A stretch of DNA of 32,000 bases. Source: Nanobdellota archaeon (GTDB lineage Archaea > Nanobdellota > Nanobdellia > Pacearchaeales > GW2011-AR1). Below the pieces are notes generated by a model, which did no database searches, was not told the DNA's origin, and was given only the letters and a program-made list of their open reading frames with translations. Below are positions 8,224-17,144 of the stretch, one piece after another. Numbering within the stretch: the stretch's first letter is position 1; the number at the start of each line of letters is the position of its first letter. Position numbers and translations under genes: made by a program. The DNA is taken from NCBI GenBank assembly GCA_030641715.1, contig DAOWGX010000010.1:1819-33818 (forward strand), written 5' to 3'.

Positions 8224-8699
8224 CTAACACAGTTTGGCAATTTACAAATCAGAGAAAGTTATCAAAAAAAGAATTTATAGATTATTTCGAGAGAAAAATT
8301 TTCAGGACAATTCGAAAGCATTCCATATTACCCAAAGATAAAATTATCACATTAAAATCTTCATCTAGCTTAAACACAAACATCCTCAAAACAGTTCTAG
8401 AGAAAAAATTCCAAGTAAAATTCACTTCAAAACCTAAATTATTATCTGACAATCTTTCTCAACTATCTGAAGATATCTTCAAAAACATCCTCCAAGGAAA
8501 ATTCAACGGACCGAAAATAAACAACAAACCCCTTTACCTCCTTTCCGACAAGGAAGTAGAATTATATGCAAAATTAAAGAACATTAAAGGATCAAAGAGA
8601 AAAAAGAATGAGAAAATTCAAAACCTCTTCGAAAAATTTCTAAAGAAAAACCAAGACCTAGAACTCAATATAGTCAAAGCCTTCAATCAATTGAATTAA
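8220..8699 (+). CDS. Basic hypothetical protein (159 aa), possible PP-loop-less relative of TtcA/Ncs6/TilS-type proteins
   Basis: Has an SD and an ATGA overlap. KPLYLLSDKEVELYAKLKNI resembles the conserved RPL..x.E.E...YA segment of that family, but SGGxDS is replaced by KSSSSLN. The similarity is judged from memory only. Confidence 0.55.
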   Translation: MTNTVWQFTNQRKLSKKEFIDYFERKIFRTIRKHSILPKDKIITLKSSSSLNTNILKTVLEKKFQVKFTSKPKLLSDNLSQLSEDIFKNILQGKFNGPKINNKPLYLLSDKEVELYAKLKNIKGSKRKKNEKIQNLFEKFLKKNQDLELNIVKAFNQLN

Positions 8700-9321
8700 T
8701 AATCTTCCTCAGTCCCCTAAAATCCTTAATGATATAATCTGGTTTCTCTTTTTTTATCGTCTTCAGATCAGACCACGAACATTTATTGTGAATCGCAATT
8801 GCAAAACATCCAGCCTCTCTCGCATACACCACATCAGAGAATCTATCGCCAATATAAATCGCCTCCGAAGGCTTAATCCTAAACTTCCTAAACAATTTCT
8901 CTAAAAGTTTATCCTTGCTAGAAAACTTCTCTGCCCCATAAACTTTCTTAAACAAACCCTTCAACCCTAACTTCTTAATTGAAGCTTTAATAAAAGAAGT
9001 CTCCGAATTAGAAATAACAATTAATGGATAATCTTTTTTCAACTCCCACAAAGGCTTCACAGAAACACACAATTTAATCCCTCCATCCAACGCAGCCTCA
9101 GTAAAATATCTATAAAACTTACTACGCACAACATTCAAATGCTTTAAATTCAACCCAAGTCCTTTGAAAATTTCTCCCATTTTTTGTCCCATCAAACCAG
9201 ACAACTTACCCTTATCAAACTTATATCCAAATCCATCCAAAGTCCTAACAATAGATTTATACGCAATCCCATGCGCATCAGAAACTGTTCCATCAAAATC
9301 AAAGAATATTACCTTAATCAT
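8683..9321 (-). CDS. HAD-superfamily phosphatase (phosphoglycolate phosphatase-like)
   Basis: FFDFDGTVSD (DxDGT motif I), VISNS (motif II) and GDRFSDV (motif IV). The start abuts the stop of the upstream gene, with GAGGATGG just upstream. Confidence 0.8.
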   Translation of the reverse strand: MIKVIFFDFDGTVSDAHGIAYKSIVRTLDGFGYKFDKGKLSGLMGQKMGEIFKGLGLNLKHLNVVRSKFYRYFTEAALDGGIKLCVSVKPLWELKKDYPLIVISNSETSFIKASIKKLGLKGLFKKVYGAEKFSSKDKLLEKLFRKFRIKPSEAIYIGDRFSDVVYAREAGCFAIAIHNKCSWSDLKTIKKEKPDYIIKDFRGLRKIINSID

Positions 9322-11361
9322 TTAATCCATCCTCTTCAACAAACTCTTCAACTTAGCAGTATTAGCTTCCCTGTCCACCACCTCAGAAACCTCATACGTC
9401 TGGCTCTTCCCAACTTCCTTCGCTTTAACAACCTTCAAATCTCTAAGCATCTTCTTCCGAACATCCTCGGAAACTAACAACTTCCCGACATCAGAATCCG
9501 CAATCCTCTTAGCAAGCGAAATCGTATTCCCAAGACCCGTATACTTCAACTTACCCCCAACCTTAGAAGAAACCAACTCCCCCGTATGCACTCCGAGATT
9601 AAACTCAATCTTATCCTTGAATTTCTTATTATAATCCTTCAAACCTCGCAAAATCTTAATACCTGTCTTCGACGCGAGAACCTCATTCTTATAAGTCTTA
9701 GTAACCAACGGTGAAAACACAATAAAAATATAATCTCCCCTCAAATCAACCAGACCCTTAAACTCTCTAGTCCCCTCGACAATTTTAATCAAAGAATCCT
9801 TCGCATGACCCCCAAGAGTCGCAGAATTCTTAACACTCAAAGCAACAATCGCCGATAGATGCTTCTCACCTTTCAACACCAGCGTCGACTCCGCACCCCC
9901 AATCCCACTTTTTGTCAAATCAACCATAGTCTTATCTTCATGACCATAATTTTTCACATTAAGCCCCGAAGTTTTCGAAACAATTTTGGACTTCGCAGAA
10001 TCAACATGTTTGTAAACAGAACTAACAACATTCTCAATCTTATTTCCCTTAAACTTCTTCGTCTTCCGCGAATTCATAAATAAAATAACTCCCGCAACTC
10101 CGAGAACAATAATCAAAAAAATCCACACAACCGAATAAGCCTTAAAAATTCCAACCTCTTTAAAATCCCTAACCGAAATCGCATTACCCGTCAACAAAAC
10201 CTGCCGATTAATCGAACTCTCCCCATCGCTAACAATAACCTCATACTCTCCCTGCGGAGCCTTAAGACTAAATTTCCGAACCTCCCCCATATCCATAACC
10301 AATTCCAATTCACTACTTTCCTCACCAATCTGGACATCAACACTTCCGTTACATTCCCAGTTCCCAACACACGTAATCTCCAACACACCTTCACTAATAT
10401 TAAACTCCATCTTAGAAGACTTAATCATCTCAAACTCTCTTTGCTCACCAATCTCATCAAACATTGCAATTACCTTCCAGGACCCCGCGGTAGCATTAAC
10501 AGGAAAATCAAAAGTACTAAAATCTCCTGTAGGAATCATGACTTCAATTTCTTCATTCTCCGGAGAGATAATCTTAGCAGAAACGGTTCCAACGATTTCC
10601 TTGCCTGATTGGTCAAAGACCTCAGCACCAATAGTAAACTCCTCTCCCGGAACTGCCTCTTCATCAGAGAGACTCATAATAATCGAAGATGCAACCTGAT
10701 TAATACTAAATGAAATATTAGCGAAACCCTCATTCAAAACACCATTCTGCCCAACATCATAGACACGAATACCAAGAAAATATATCCCTGCCTCTGCAGT
10801 TTCAGACATTGAAAACGTTTCACTAACAGAACCATCCTCAACAGCCTTGCTAAAATACGCTGCATCACTAGCCTCTACAAAACCATTCAACAGACCACCA
10901 TTTGCTTTACTAGCATCAACACTAACCAAAATTCCTTCACCAGGATCATAACTAGTCTTGTCGGTAGAAGCTGAAACAAAAACATCCTTACTTATTGTAA
11001 AAAGTTTTGTCGAAGCCCCCTGGCCACCAAGCGACAAAATAATCTGACACTCACCGAGAATTTCTGTTAAATTAGAAATCTCCAAATCCTCACTAACCAA
11101 TACTTTCGATGTCGCATAAGCTTGATCCTCTTCTGTAGAAAAATCACTCGCAGGCCATCTAACTAAATTTACAGTTTTATTTCCACAAACTAAATTAACG
11201 TTAAAGTTCCCAATTTCAGCACCACGCAATCCATCAGCATTTATATAAATCTTATCACCAAGATTATAAACTTCCTCAGGCTCGGACAAAGAAATATCAG
11301 CGAAGACAAACGAACTCATCAAGATAAACATTAAAGTAAACACATAACCTATTTTTTTCAT
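9322..11361 (-). CDS. Membrane receptor: signal peptide, large extracellular domain, one TM segment, and a cytoplasmic class III nucleotidyl-cyclase homology domain with degenerate catalytic residues
   Basis: MKKIGYVFTLMFILMSSFVFA signal and the TM segment VVWIFLIIVLGVAGVILFM. The C-terminal RGDYIFIVF...LGVHTGELV...YTGLGNTISLAKRI...LLVSEDV matches the cyclase core pattern. The start is moved to ATG 11361, 26.5 nt from the TATA box at 11384-11391. Confidence 0.7.
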   Translation of the reverse strand: MKKIGYVFTLMFILMSSFVFADISLSEPEEVYNLGDKIYINADGLRGAEIGNFNVNLVCGNKTVNLVRWPASDFSTEEDQAYATSKVLVSEDLEISNLTEILGECQIILSLGGQGASTKLFTISKDVFVSASTDKTSYDPGEGILVSVDASKANGGLLNGFVEASDAAYFSKAVEDGSVSETFSMSETAEAGIYFLGIRVYDVGQNGVLNEGFANISFSINQVASSIIMSLSDEEAVPGEEFTIGAEVFDQSGKEIVGTVSAKIISPENEEIEVMIPTGDFSTFDFPVNATAGSWKVIAMFDEIGEQREFEMIKSSKMEFNISEGVLEITCVGNWECNGSVDVQIGEESSELELVMDMGEVRKFSLKAPQGEYEVIVSDGESSINRQVLLTGNAISVRDFKEVGIFKAYSVVWIFLIIVLGVAGVILFMNSRKTKKFKGNKIENVVSSVYKHVDSAKSKIVSKTSGLNVKNYGHEDKTMVDLTKSGIGGAESTLVLKGEKHLSAIVALSVKNSATLGGHAKDSLIKIVEGTREFKGLVDLRGDYIFIVFSPLVTKTYKNEVLASKTGIKILRGLKDYNKKFKDKIEFNLGVHTGELVSSKVGGKLKYTGLGNTISLAKRIADSDVGKLLVSEDVRKKMLRDLKVVKAKEVGKSQTYEVSEVVDREANTAKLKSLLKRMD

Positions 11362-11383
11362 ACACACAATACACATTTTCACT

Positions 11384-11391
11384 ATTTAAAT
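11384..11391 (-). promoter_or_regulatory. TATA box (ATTTAAAT) for the cyclase-like receptor / HAD operon
   Basis: Box centre is 26.5 nt upstream of ATG 11361. Confidence 0.5.
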
Positions 11392-11409
11392 ATTATTGTA
11401 AACAACAGT

Positions 11410-11417
11410 TTTATAAA
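11410..11417 (+). promoter_or_regulatory. TATA box (TTTATAAA) for trpS
   Basis: Box centre is 24.5 nt upstream of ATG 11438. Confidence 0.5.
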
Positions 11418-11437
11418 TCTCTCGGGGCTAAATTACT

Positions 11438-12556
11438 ATGGTTAAAAAGATGGAGGTAAACCCTTATAGCGTAGAAGGGAAAGTAGATTACCACAGACTC
11501 ATCTCGGAATTCGGTATTAAACCAATAGATAAAAAACTTCTAAAAAGAATTGAAGCAATCGCTGGAGAAGTTCACCCATATCTAAGACGAGGAATTTTCT
11601 TTGCTCACAGAGACTTAGAGAAAGTTCTCGATGCCTACGAAAAAGGAGAAAAGTTTTTTTTATACACTGGCGTTGCACCAAGCGGACCAGTTCACTTAGG
11701 ACATTACTCAATCTGGAGTTTTACAAAATGGTTTCAAGACAAATTCGACGTAGAACTATGGTTTCAATTTACCGATGACGAAAAATTCCTGCACAAAGAT
11801 ATGACGTATGAAGAAATCCAAGAATGGACAAAAGACAACATGCGAGATGTAATCGCAATAGGTTTCAACCCGGAGAAAACCCACTTCTTAATCAACACAA
11901 AACATGCAGGAATCCTCTATCCTGAAGCAATTAAAGTTGCAAAAAAAATAACTTTCTCTACAATAAAAGCCGCGTTCGGTTTCACAGACTCAGAAAACAT
12001 CGGAAGCATTTTTTACACCGCAATGCAAACAGTCCCATGCTTCCTTCCAAACATCCTAAATAATGAAAACAAATATTGCCTAATTCCCATGGGCGTCGAC
12101 CAAGACCCGCACTTCAGAGTATCAAGAGATGTAGTAGAAAAACTCGGACACAAAAAGCCTTCAATTATACACGCAAAATTCATGTCTCCGCTAACTGGAA
12201 CCGTAGGAAAATCAAGTAGTTCAAACTCAGGCAAAACAATTCTAATGACAGACGACGCAAAGACTGTTAAAAAGAAAATTAACAAATACGCCTTCAGTGG
12301 AGGAAAGGATACAATCGAAGAACATCGGGAAAAAGGTGGAGACATAGAAATCGACGTAGCCTGCCAATGGTTAAAATATTTTGAAGAAGATGATAAAAAA
12401 CTATCTGAGATTTATGACAAGTATTCTAAGGGGGGATTGCTCTCTGGAGAAGTCAAAAAAATATTAATTGAAAAAATAAACACGGTTTTATCTGAACATC
12501 AAGAAAGAAGATTGAATGCTGATAAACAAGTCGATAAATTTATCTTTAAAGATTAA
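11438..12556 (+). CDS. trpS: Tryptophanyl-tRNA synthetase, archaeal/eukaryal type
   Basis: GVAPSGPVHLGHY (HIGH-like) and a KMSxS-like GKSSSS motif. The 372-aa length and overall pattern fit archaeal TrpRS. Confidence 0.85.
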   Translation: MVKKMEVNPYSVEGKVDYHRLISEFGIKPIDKKLLKRIEAIAGEVHPYLRRGIFFAHRDLEKVLDAYEKGEKFFLYTGVAPSGPVHLGHYSIWSFTKWFQDKFDVELWFQFTDDEKFLHKDMTYEEIQEWTKDNMRDVIAIGFNPEKTHFLINTKHAGILYPEAIKVAKKITFSTIKAAFGFTDSENIGSIFYTAMQTVPCFLPNILNNENKYCLIPMGVDQDPHFRVSRDVVEKLGHKKPSIIHAKFMSPLTGTVGKSSSSNSGKTILMTDDAKTVKKKINKYAFSGGKDTIEEHREKGGDIEIDVACQWLKYFEEDDKKLSEIYDKYSKGGLLSGEVKKILIEKINTVLSEHQERRLNADKQVDKFIFKD

Positions 12557-12867
12557 TCACTTCGTTCTACAGAAATTGCAGTATCTTCTCCAAACCATTT
12601 TGGAGATCTAATTTTAACATCATAGTTCACGCCAATTTCAAGCCCATGAGGATTACCAATAACTCTCAAATCCGGAGCAGTAGTTCTATAAGCAAGAGAT
12701 TTGTCATCAAAGATTAATGTGTTAAAACCTTCAGTCTTCTCAACATGATATCCCTGATAAACTAAGTTTGTTCTTTCACTTAAGTTTCCAGAACCATTCA
12801 AATACGCTCCTCCAACTAACCCTGCAACAATACCAACTCCTGCAATAATTTTTGTACGTGTTTTCAT
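12553..12867 (-). CDS. Small membrane-anchored hypothetical protein (104 aa)
   Basis: N-terminal TM segment IIAGVGIVAGLVGGAYL. The start is moved from the TTG at 12882 to ATG 12867, 25.5 nt from the TATA box at 12889-12896. Confidence 0.5.
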   Translation of the reverse strand: MKTRTKIIAGVGIVAGLVGGAYLNGSGNLSERTNLVYQGYHVEKTEGFNTLIFDDKSLAYRTTAPDLRVIGNPHGLEIGVNYDVKIRSPKWFGEDTAISVERSD

Positions 12868-12888
12868 AAACAATATAACCAAGAATCA

Positions 12889-12896
12889 TTTATAAA
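12889..12896 (-). promoter_or_regulatory. TATA box (TTTATAAA)
   Basis: Box centre is 25.5 nt upstream of ATG 12867. Confidence 0.5.
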
Positions 12897-12969
12897 TCTT
12901 TCTATTTGTAACTATTATTACGTAACAACATCATAATTGTTCATAATCCCTCATAATTCAATAAGTCTA

Positions 12970-13584
12970 TCAGACAAGTTTAGGAGCATAAAATATCAAT
13001 CTTTCAGATTCGTAAACCTTCTCAAGGGAACTCCAATAACTGCCACTCGGCTTTTCGATAGAAATATCATGATAAGCAATAATCTCAGACTCTCTAGAAA
13101 TTCCAACCTTAAATCCATCAAGAACCTTTTTAGCATCTTTTCCACATTTCTCAAAAACCTTTTGCTCATACTCATTCATAGATAGCTTCTCCTCAGCCTG
13201 TCCCCAAAGTTTACTTCCATCAAAAGTGCAAGAAAATGCGTTCCTTTCGTGTATTACAGAATAAATATCATTAGGATAATCCTCACTAGGTACCCTATTC
13301 AAAATACATCTAGTAATAAGACTCCGATTCTTCGAACTCTGATTAGCTGCCTCAGCATAAAGAATTTTTTGTATCTCTAAATATTCTTTCGCAGAAAAAG
13401 TCTGACTATTTTCATCAACAGAACTAGGTCCATTTGAAACTTTACTCTCCAAACTATCCTTATGTAATCTTTCTACAACATTACCAACATTTTCAGGCTT
13501 AAATGGTTTCTCAAGGTAGGACCCTCCAACTGAAATTGCACTTGCAAGAGTGGCAACCACAATAAAATTACTAATCTTTCCCAT
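12970..13584 (-). CDS. Secreted or anchored SleB-like cell-wall hydrolase domain protein
   Basis: N-terminal hydrophobic anchor. ILYAEAANQS...RCILNRVPSEDYPNDIYSVIHERNAFSC matches the SleB/Hydrolase_2 pattern as I recall it (EA....NRV...FP..I..V....QFS). The start is moved to ATG 13584. Confidence 0.65.
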   Translation of the reverse strand: MGKISNFIVVATLASAISVGGSYLEKPFKPENVGNVVERLHKDSLESKVSNGPSSVDENSQTFSAKEYLEIQKILYAEAANQSSKNRSLITRCILNRVPSEDYPNDIYSVIHERNAFSCTFDGSKLWGQAEEKLSMNEYEQKVFEKCGKDAKKVLDGFKVGISRESEIIAYHDISIEKPSGSYWSSLEKVYESERLIFYAPKLV

Positions 13585-13605
13585 AAACAACCCAAAAAAT
13601 AATCC

Positions 13606-13613
13606 TTTTTAAA
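13606..13613 (-). promoter_or_regulatory. TATA box (TTTAAAAA on minus strand)
   Basis: Box centre is 25.5 nt upstream of ATG 13584. Confidence 0.45.
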
Positions 13614-13628
13614 CTTTCCTATCCGTAA

Positions 13629-14354
13629 CTATTCTTCCGTAACAACACCAGGACTTCCAAGAACCTCAATCCCCTTGTCACTAATACCCATCCCAACAGC
13701 CTTTCTCTCATGCGCCGTTCTCCTCATCTTCGCAATCCGAACCGCCCGGTCACTAACACCTGTAATTCCAGATTCATAAAACACACTAACCGAATCCGAA
13801 AGAAACCTCAAAATATCTGTCTTCGTCCAATCACCATTACTAACCCCACTTATCCAACCCTCCTCAAGACTCTCATCACTAAAAATCGTAGTCACCTTCA
13901 ATCGTTTCATCAGCGACGACAAATCAAAAATAGTTTGCCTAATCTTCCCTTTCTCACTAAGATTCAACGCCAAAACTGAAATAGGATCAAAACAAATTCT
14001 CTTAATATTATTCCGCGCAATCACACTTGTTAATTCAGATTTTAAATCTTCAATAGAAGTTTGTGGAGCAAACCTCATAAACTTGATCTTCCCTTCACCA
14101 CTCAGCTTCGAGAAATCCCAACCATAAGCCATAGCATCATTCAACGTATCTACAATATCAGGTTCAAACGAACAATAAAGCCCATTCTCTCCAAACTGCA
14201 TAGCCCCATTCCAAAGAAATTGCAAAAGAAACGTACTCTTTCCAGAACCAGGTCCACCAACAATTAAATTGTCCGAATTTCTTACAAAACCTCCTTGGCA
14301 AAGCTTATCAAAACCTGCAACACCTGTAGGACATCTATCCACCATCCCTGCCAT
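13629..14354 (-). CDS. Single-domain KaiC/RadA-like (RecA-superfamily) ATPase
   Basis: GGPGSGKSTF Walker A and an N-terminal TGVAGFDKL..GG motif. The start is ambiguous. GGAGGTG lies 7 nt upstream of ATG 14354, but an ATATAAAA box at 14369-14376 fits leaderless initiation at ATG 14345. Confidence 0.8.
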   Translation of the reverse strand: MAGMVDRCPTGVAGFDKLCQGGFVRNSDNLIVGGPGSGKSTFLLQFLWNGAMQFGENGLYCSFEPDIVDTLNDAMAYGWDFSKLSGEGKIKFMRFAPQTSIEDLKSELTSVIARNNIKRICFDPISVLALNLSEKGKIRQTIFDLSSLMKRLKVTTIFSDESLEEGWISGVSNGDWTKTDILRFLSDSVSVFYESGITGVSDRAVRIAKMRRTAHERKAVGMGISDKGIEVLGSPGVVTEE

Positions 14355-14428
14355 CTTTATTCACCTCCATATAAAATAATAACGAAAGTTCCTCGAACTT
14401 ACACGTTACACAAAACACGGCACAAATC

Positions 14429-14436
14429 TTTATAAA
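14429..14436 (+). promoter_or_regulatory. TATA box (TTTATAAA) for thrS
   Basis: Box centre is 25.5 nt upstream of ATG 14458. The box is palindromic, so it could also drive a leadered KaiC-like transcript on the minus strand. Confidence 0.5.
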
Positions 14437-14457
14437 TTCTTTCGTTTTAACTCTAGT

Positions 14458-16158
14458 ATGAAAACATTAAATCTACACTGTGATTATATCAATTTCAAGG
14501 CCTTAAAAAAAGCACTAAAATCTATCGATGAAATAGCACCAAACCAAAAGCTCGAGGGTGAATCAAAAAATTGTCTTGTAGTAATGGTCGCTATAGAAAA
14601 AGGGGATTCAAAAGAAACACTAAAAAAATTAATCGAAGACATAGAAAAGATCTCAACGGACGTCAAAACAGAAAACATTGTACTATATCCCTACGCACAT
14701 TTATCAACTAATCTAGGAAAACCAAAGATCGCAGTTCAAATGCTAAACGATGCTGCAAAACAATTAAAAAAGTTCAAAGTAATCCAAGCTCCTTTCGGCT
14801 ACTATAAAACATTCGAGCTAAAAGTAAAAGGCCATCCACTATCAGAACTTTCTCGGAAATTCACAGTCGAAGGAAATACACTAGTAGAAGAAGAATTAAC
14901 CGACGAAGAACGAAGTCGACTGCTACACCAACTTCAAAAATCAAAACTAGACACTTCAAAAATAAAAGAAAATGACCACAGAATAATCGGAAGGAAAATG
15001 GACTTATGGAGTTTTAATAGTTCCGCTCCAGGAATGGTATTCTGGCACGCAAAAGGTCTTCATCTTAAGAATAAGTTAATTGAGTATTGGAGAGAAATTC
15101 ACAGAACAAATAGATACTCCGAAATTTCAACACCACAGATCCTCGACAAAAAACTTTGGGAAATATCTGGACATTGGTCAAAATTCAGGGAAAGTATGTT
15201 CACAACAGAATACGAAAACAGGGAATTCGCTATCAAACCGATGAATTGTCCTGGAGGAATGCTTGTATACAAAACCTCTCCTAAATCCTATCGAGAGCTA
15301 CCATTAAGAACCTGCGAACTCGGTGAAGTCCATAGAAAAGAACTCTCAGGAGTATTAGGTGGATTAATGAGAGTAGTTCAATTCACTCAGGACGATGCCC
15401 ATATTTTTTGTACAGGAGAAACACTAAAAGACGAAATAGAAAAAATCATAGACATCACAATTGAACTATTTTCCACATTTGATATTAAAATAGATCATAT
15501 AGAATTATCTACTCGTCCAAAGAAAAAAATAGGTTCTAAAAAATTCTGGGATCTGGCAGAAGCAGCACTAGAAGAAGTACTAAAAACAAGAAAGATGAAA
15601 TATGTAATCAATAAGGGAGATGGAGCATTTTACGGACCTAAAATAGATTTCCATATTAATGATTCTCTAAAAAGAACCTGGCAATGTTCCACAATTCAAT
15701 TAGACATGGCACTCCCTGAAAGATTCGAACTTGAATACACCGACGAAAAAGGAAATAGCAAGCGACCAATTATGCTTCATAGAGTAATTTATGGGAGCAT
15801 AGAACGATTTTTAGGAATTTATACAGAACACATCGATGGAAAATTCCCATTATGGCTATCTCCAAACCAGATTAAAGTAATGACTATGAACGACGACGTT
15901 AAAAATTATGCTAACGAAATCTATCAAAAATTATTCGACGCAGGATTTGAAGTAGAACTTAATGACAAAAACGAATCAATAGGAAAGAAAGCAAGAGACG
16001 CCCAAATTCAAAGATTCAATTACCTCGTCACAATTGGTGAAAAAGAAAAAGACGGAAACAAAATAGCAGTTAAAGCAAGAGATTCAAAAGAAATTATAAC
16101 TATGGATTTAGATGAATTTATTGAGAAACTTAAAAACGAAATTAAAGAAAGAAAATAA
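14458..16158 (+). CDS. thrS: Threonyl-tRNA synthetase with archaeal-type N-terminal editing domain
   Basis: Class II core (FRESMFTTE, MNCPGG, RVVQFTQDDAHIF, GAFYGPKIDF) and an anticodon-binding C-terminus. The N-terminal ~140 aa (LHCDYINFKALKKALK...VVMVAIEKGD) resembles the archaeal DTD-like editing domain. Confidence 0.9.
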   Translation: MKTLNLHCDYINFKALKKALKSIDEIAPNQKLEGESKNCLVVMVAIEKGDSKETLKKLIEDIEKISTDVKTENIVLYPYAHLSTNLGKPKIAVQMLNDAAKQLKKFKVIQAPFGYYKTFELKVKGHPLSELSRKFTVEGNTLVEEELTDEERSRLLHQLQKSKLDTSKIKENDHRIIGRKMDLWSFNSSAPGMVFWHAKGLHLKNKLIEYWREIHRTNRYSEISTPQILDKKLWEISGHWSKFRESMFTTEYENREFAIKPMNCPGGMLVYKTSPKSYRELPLRTCELGEVHRKELSGVLGGLMRVVQFTQDDAHIFCTGETLKDEIEKIIDITIELFSTFDIKIDHIELSTRPKKKIGSKKFWDLAEAALEEVLKTRKMKYVINKGDGAFYGPKIDFHINDSLKRTWQCSTIQLDMALPERFELEYTDEKGNSKRPIMLHRVIYGSIERFLGIYTEHIDGKFPLWLSPNQIKVMTMNDDVKNYANEIYQKLFDAGFEVELNDKNESIGKKARDAQIQRFNYLVTIGEKEKDGNKIAVKARDSKEIITMDLDEFIEKLKNEIKERK

Positions 16159-16161
16159 AAA

Positions 16162-17019
16162 CTAAAACTTCCAGACAAAATTAACTCCTGCTTCAAGAGT
16201 ATTATTCCCAGGTTCATAAACAGGATTTACCCATTCATCAGCTATTCTTATTCTTGCATCTGCTGGCTCTGAACATCCAATTATCCAATAATCAACATAA
16301 GGTTCAACAGAAAAATCTCCTAACTTAGTCTTTTTCCCAATTTCCACTGAAGCTTTTATTCCAGCCCCTTTTTTCTGAGTATTTTTTACTTCAGGATATG
16401 TAGAATGATTGTCATCAAATGAACTTGTCTGAGTACCCTTTAACAACCATTTACCCTTCAGATCAACCCCATAAAACCACCCAGAGTCCATCTCTATCTT
16501 TGTCTCAACCCCTCCAAGCATATAAAAAAGTTCATTTTCCCTATCATAAGCATGATATTTTTGATCTCCAACACAAGAACTCATCCCAGAACCTTTATCT
16601 TCAACTCTCCTATATCCAGATCCCCCATATAGTGTAACACTAGAATTATCTCCAAGGGGCATTTTATATCCAGCCTTTACTTCTACCTCTTTTATCTGAT
16701 TTCCCCTATCATTCATTGAACCAGTTTTATTAGAAGTATAATCTAAATCTTCTGTAGCATAACTCCCATTAATTCCTAAAGTAAAACCTTTTTTCTCAGG
16801 TTCATAATCATAAGAAGCCCCAACTTTTCGCATTAAACCTTCAAGTTGCATAACAGAAGGTTCCATATAAGTATAACTGGAGATTCCCATCTCAACCCCA
16901 ATTTTATGAGGAGAACGGATCTCTTCAGCACTTACAACCTTAGGTGCAACAAAAGGCAAAGAGGACACTGCAGCTACAAGTCCTGTCAACGCAATTGTCT
17001 TTATTGATCGGTTTTTCAT
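16162..17019 (-). CDS. Secreted protein with the hallmarks of a bacterial outer-membrane beta-barrel
   Basis: Signal peptide MKNRSIKTIALTGLVAAVSSLPFVAPKVVSA, Gly/Tyr-rich strands with alternating polarity, and a C-terminal ...LEAGVNFVWKF ending in Phe. The start is moved from the GTG at 17025 to ATG 17019. Confidence 0.55.
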   Translation of the reverse strand: MKNRSIKTIALTGLVAAVSSLPFVAPKVVSAEEIRSPHKIGVEMGISSYTYMEPSVMQLEGLMRKVGASYDYEPEKKGFTLGINGSYATEDLDYTSNKTGSMNDRGNQIKEVEVKAGYKMPLGDNSSVTLYGGSGYRRVEDKGSGMSSCVGDQKYHAYDRENELFYMLGGVETKIEMDSGWFYGVDLKGKWLLKGTQTSSFDDNHSTYPEVKNTQKKGAGIKASVEIGKKTKLGDFSVEPYVDYWIIGCSEPADARIRIADEWVNPVYEPGNNTLEAGVNFVWKF

Positions 17020-17041
17020 AACCACGAAACAGAAACATCGC

Positions 17042-17049
17042 TTTATAAA
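17042..17049 (-). promoter_or_regulatory. TATA box (TTTATAAA)
   Basis: Box centre is 26.5 nt upstream of ATG 17019. Confidence 0.5.
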
Positions 17050-17144
17050 TCCTTCTATTTGTTACTTTTGGACAGTAGGAACATTAGAGAGATTTTATAA
17101 CATCTCTCACATAAATTCTTAAACACAAATCTCCAAATATTTTT

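Noticed and set aside
12970-17019. Possibility that the contig is bacterial (for example CPR) because of the SleB-like and OMP-like genes.
   Set aside because: Short archaeal TyrRS, archaeal/eukaryal-type TrpRS, ThrRS with the archaeal editing domain, Elp3, the KaiC-like ATPase and the TATA/leaderless promoter grammar all point to an archaeon. A chimeric assembly cannot be excluded from the sequence alone.
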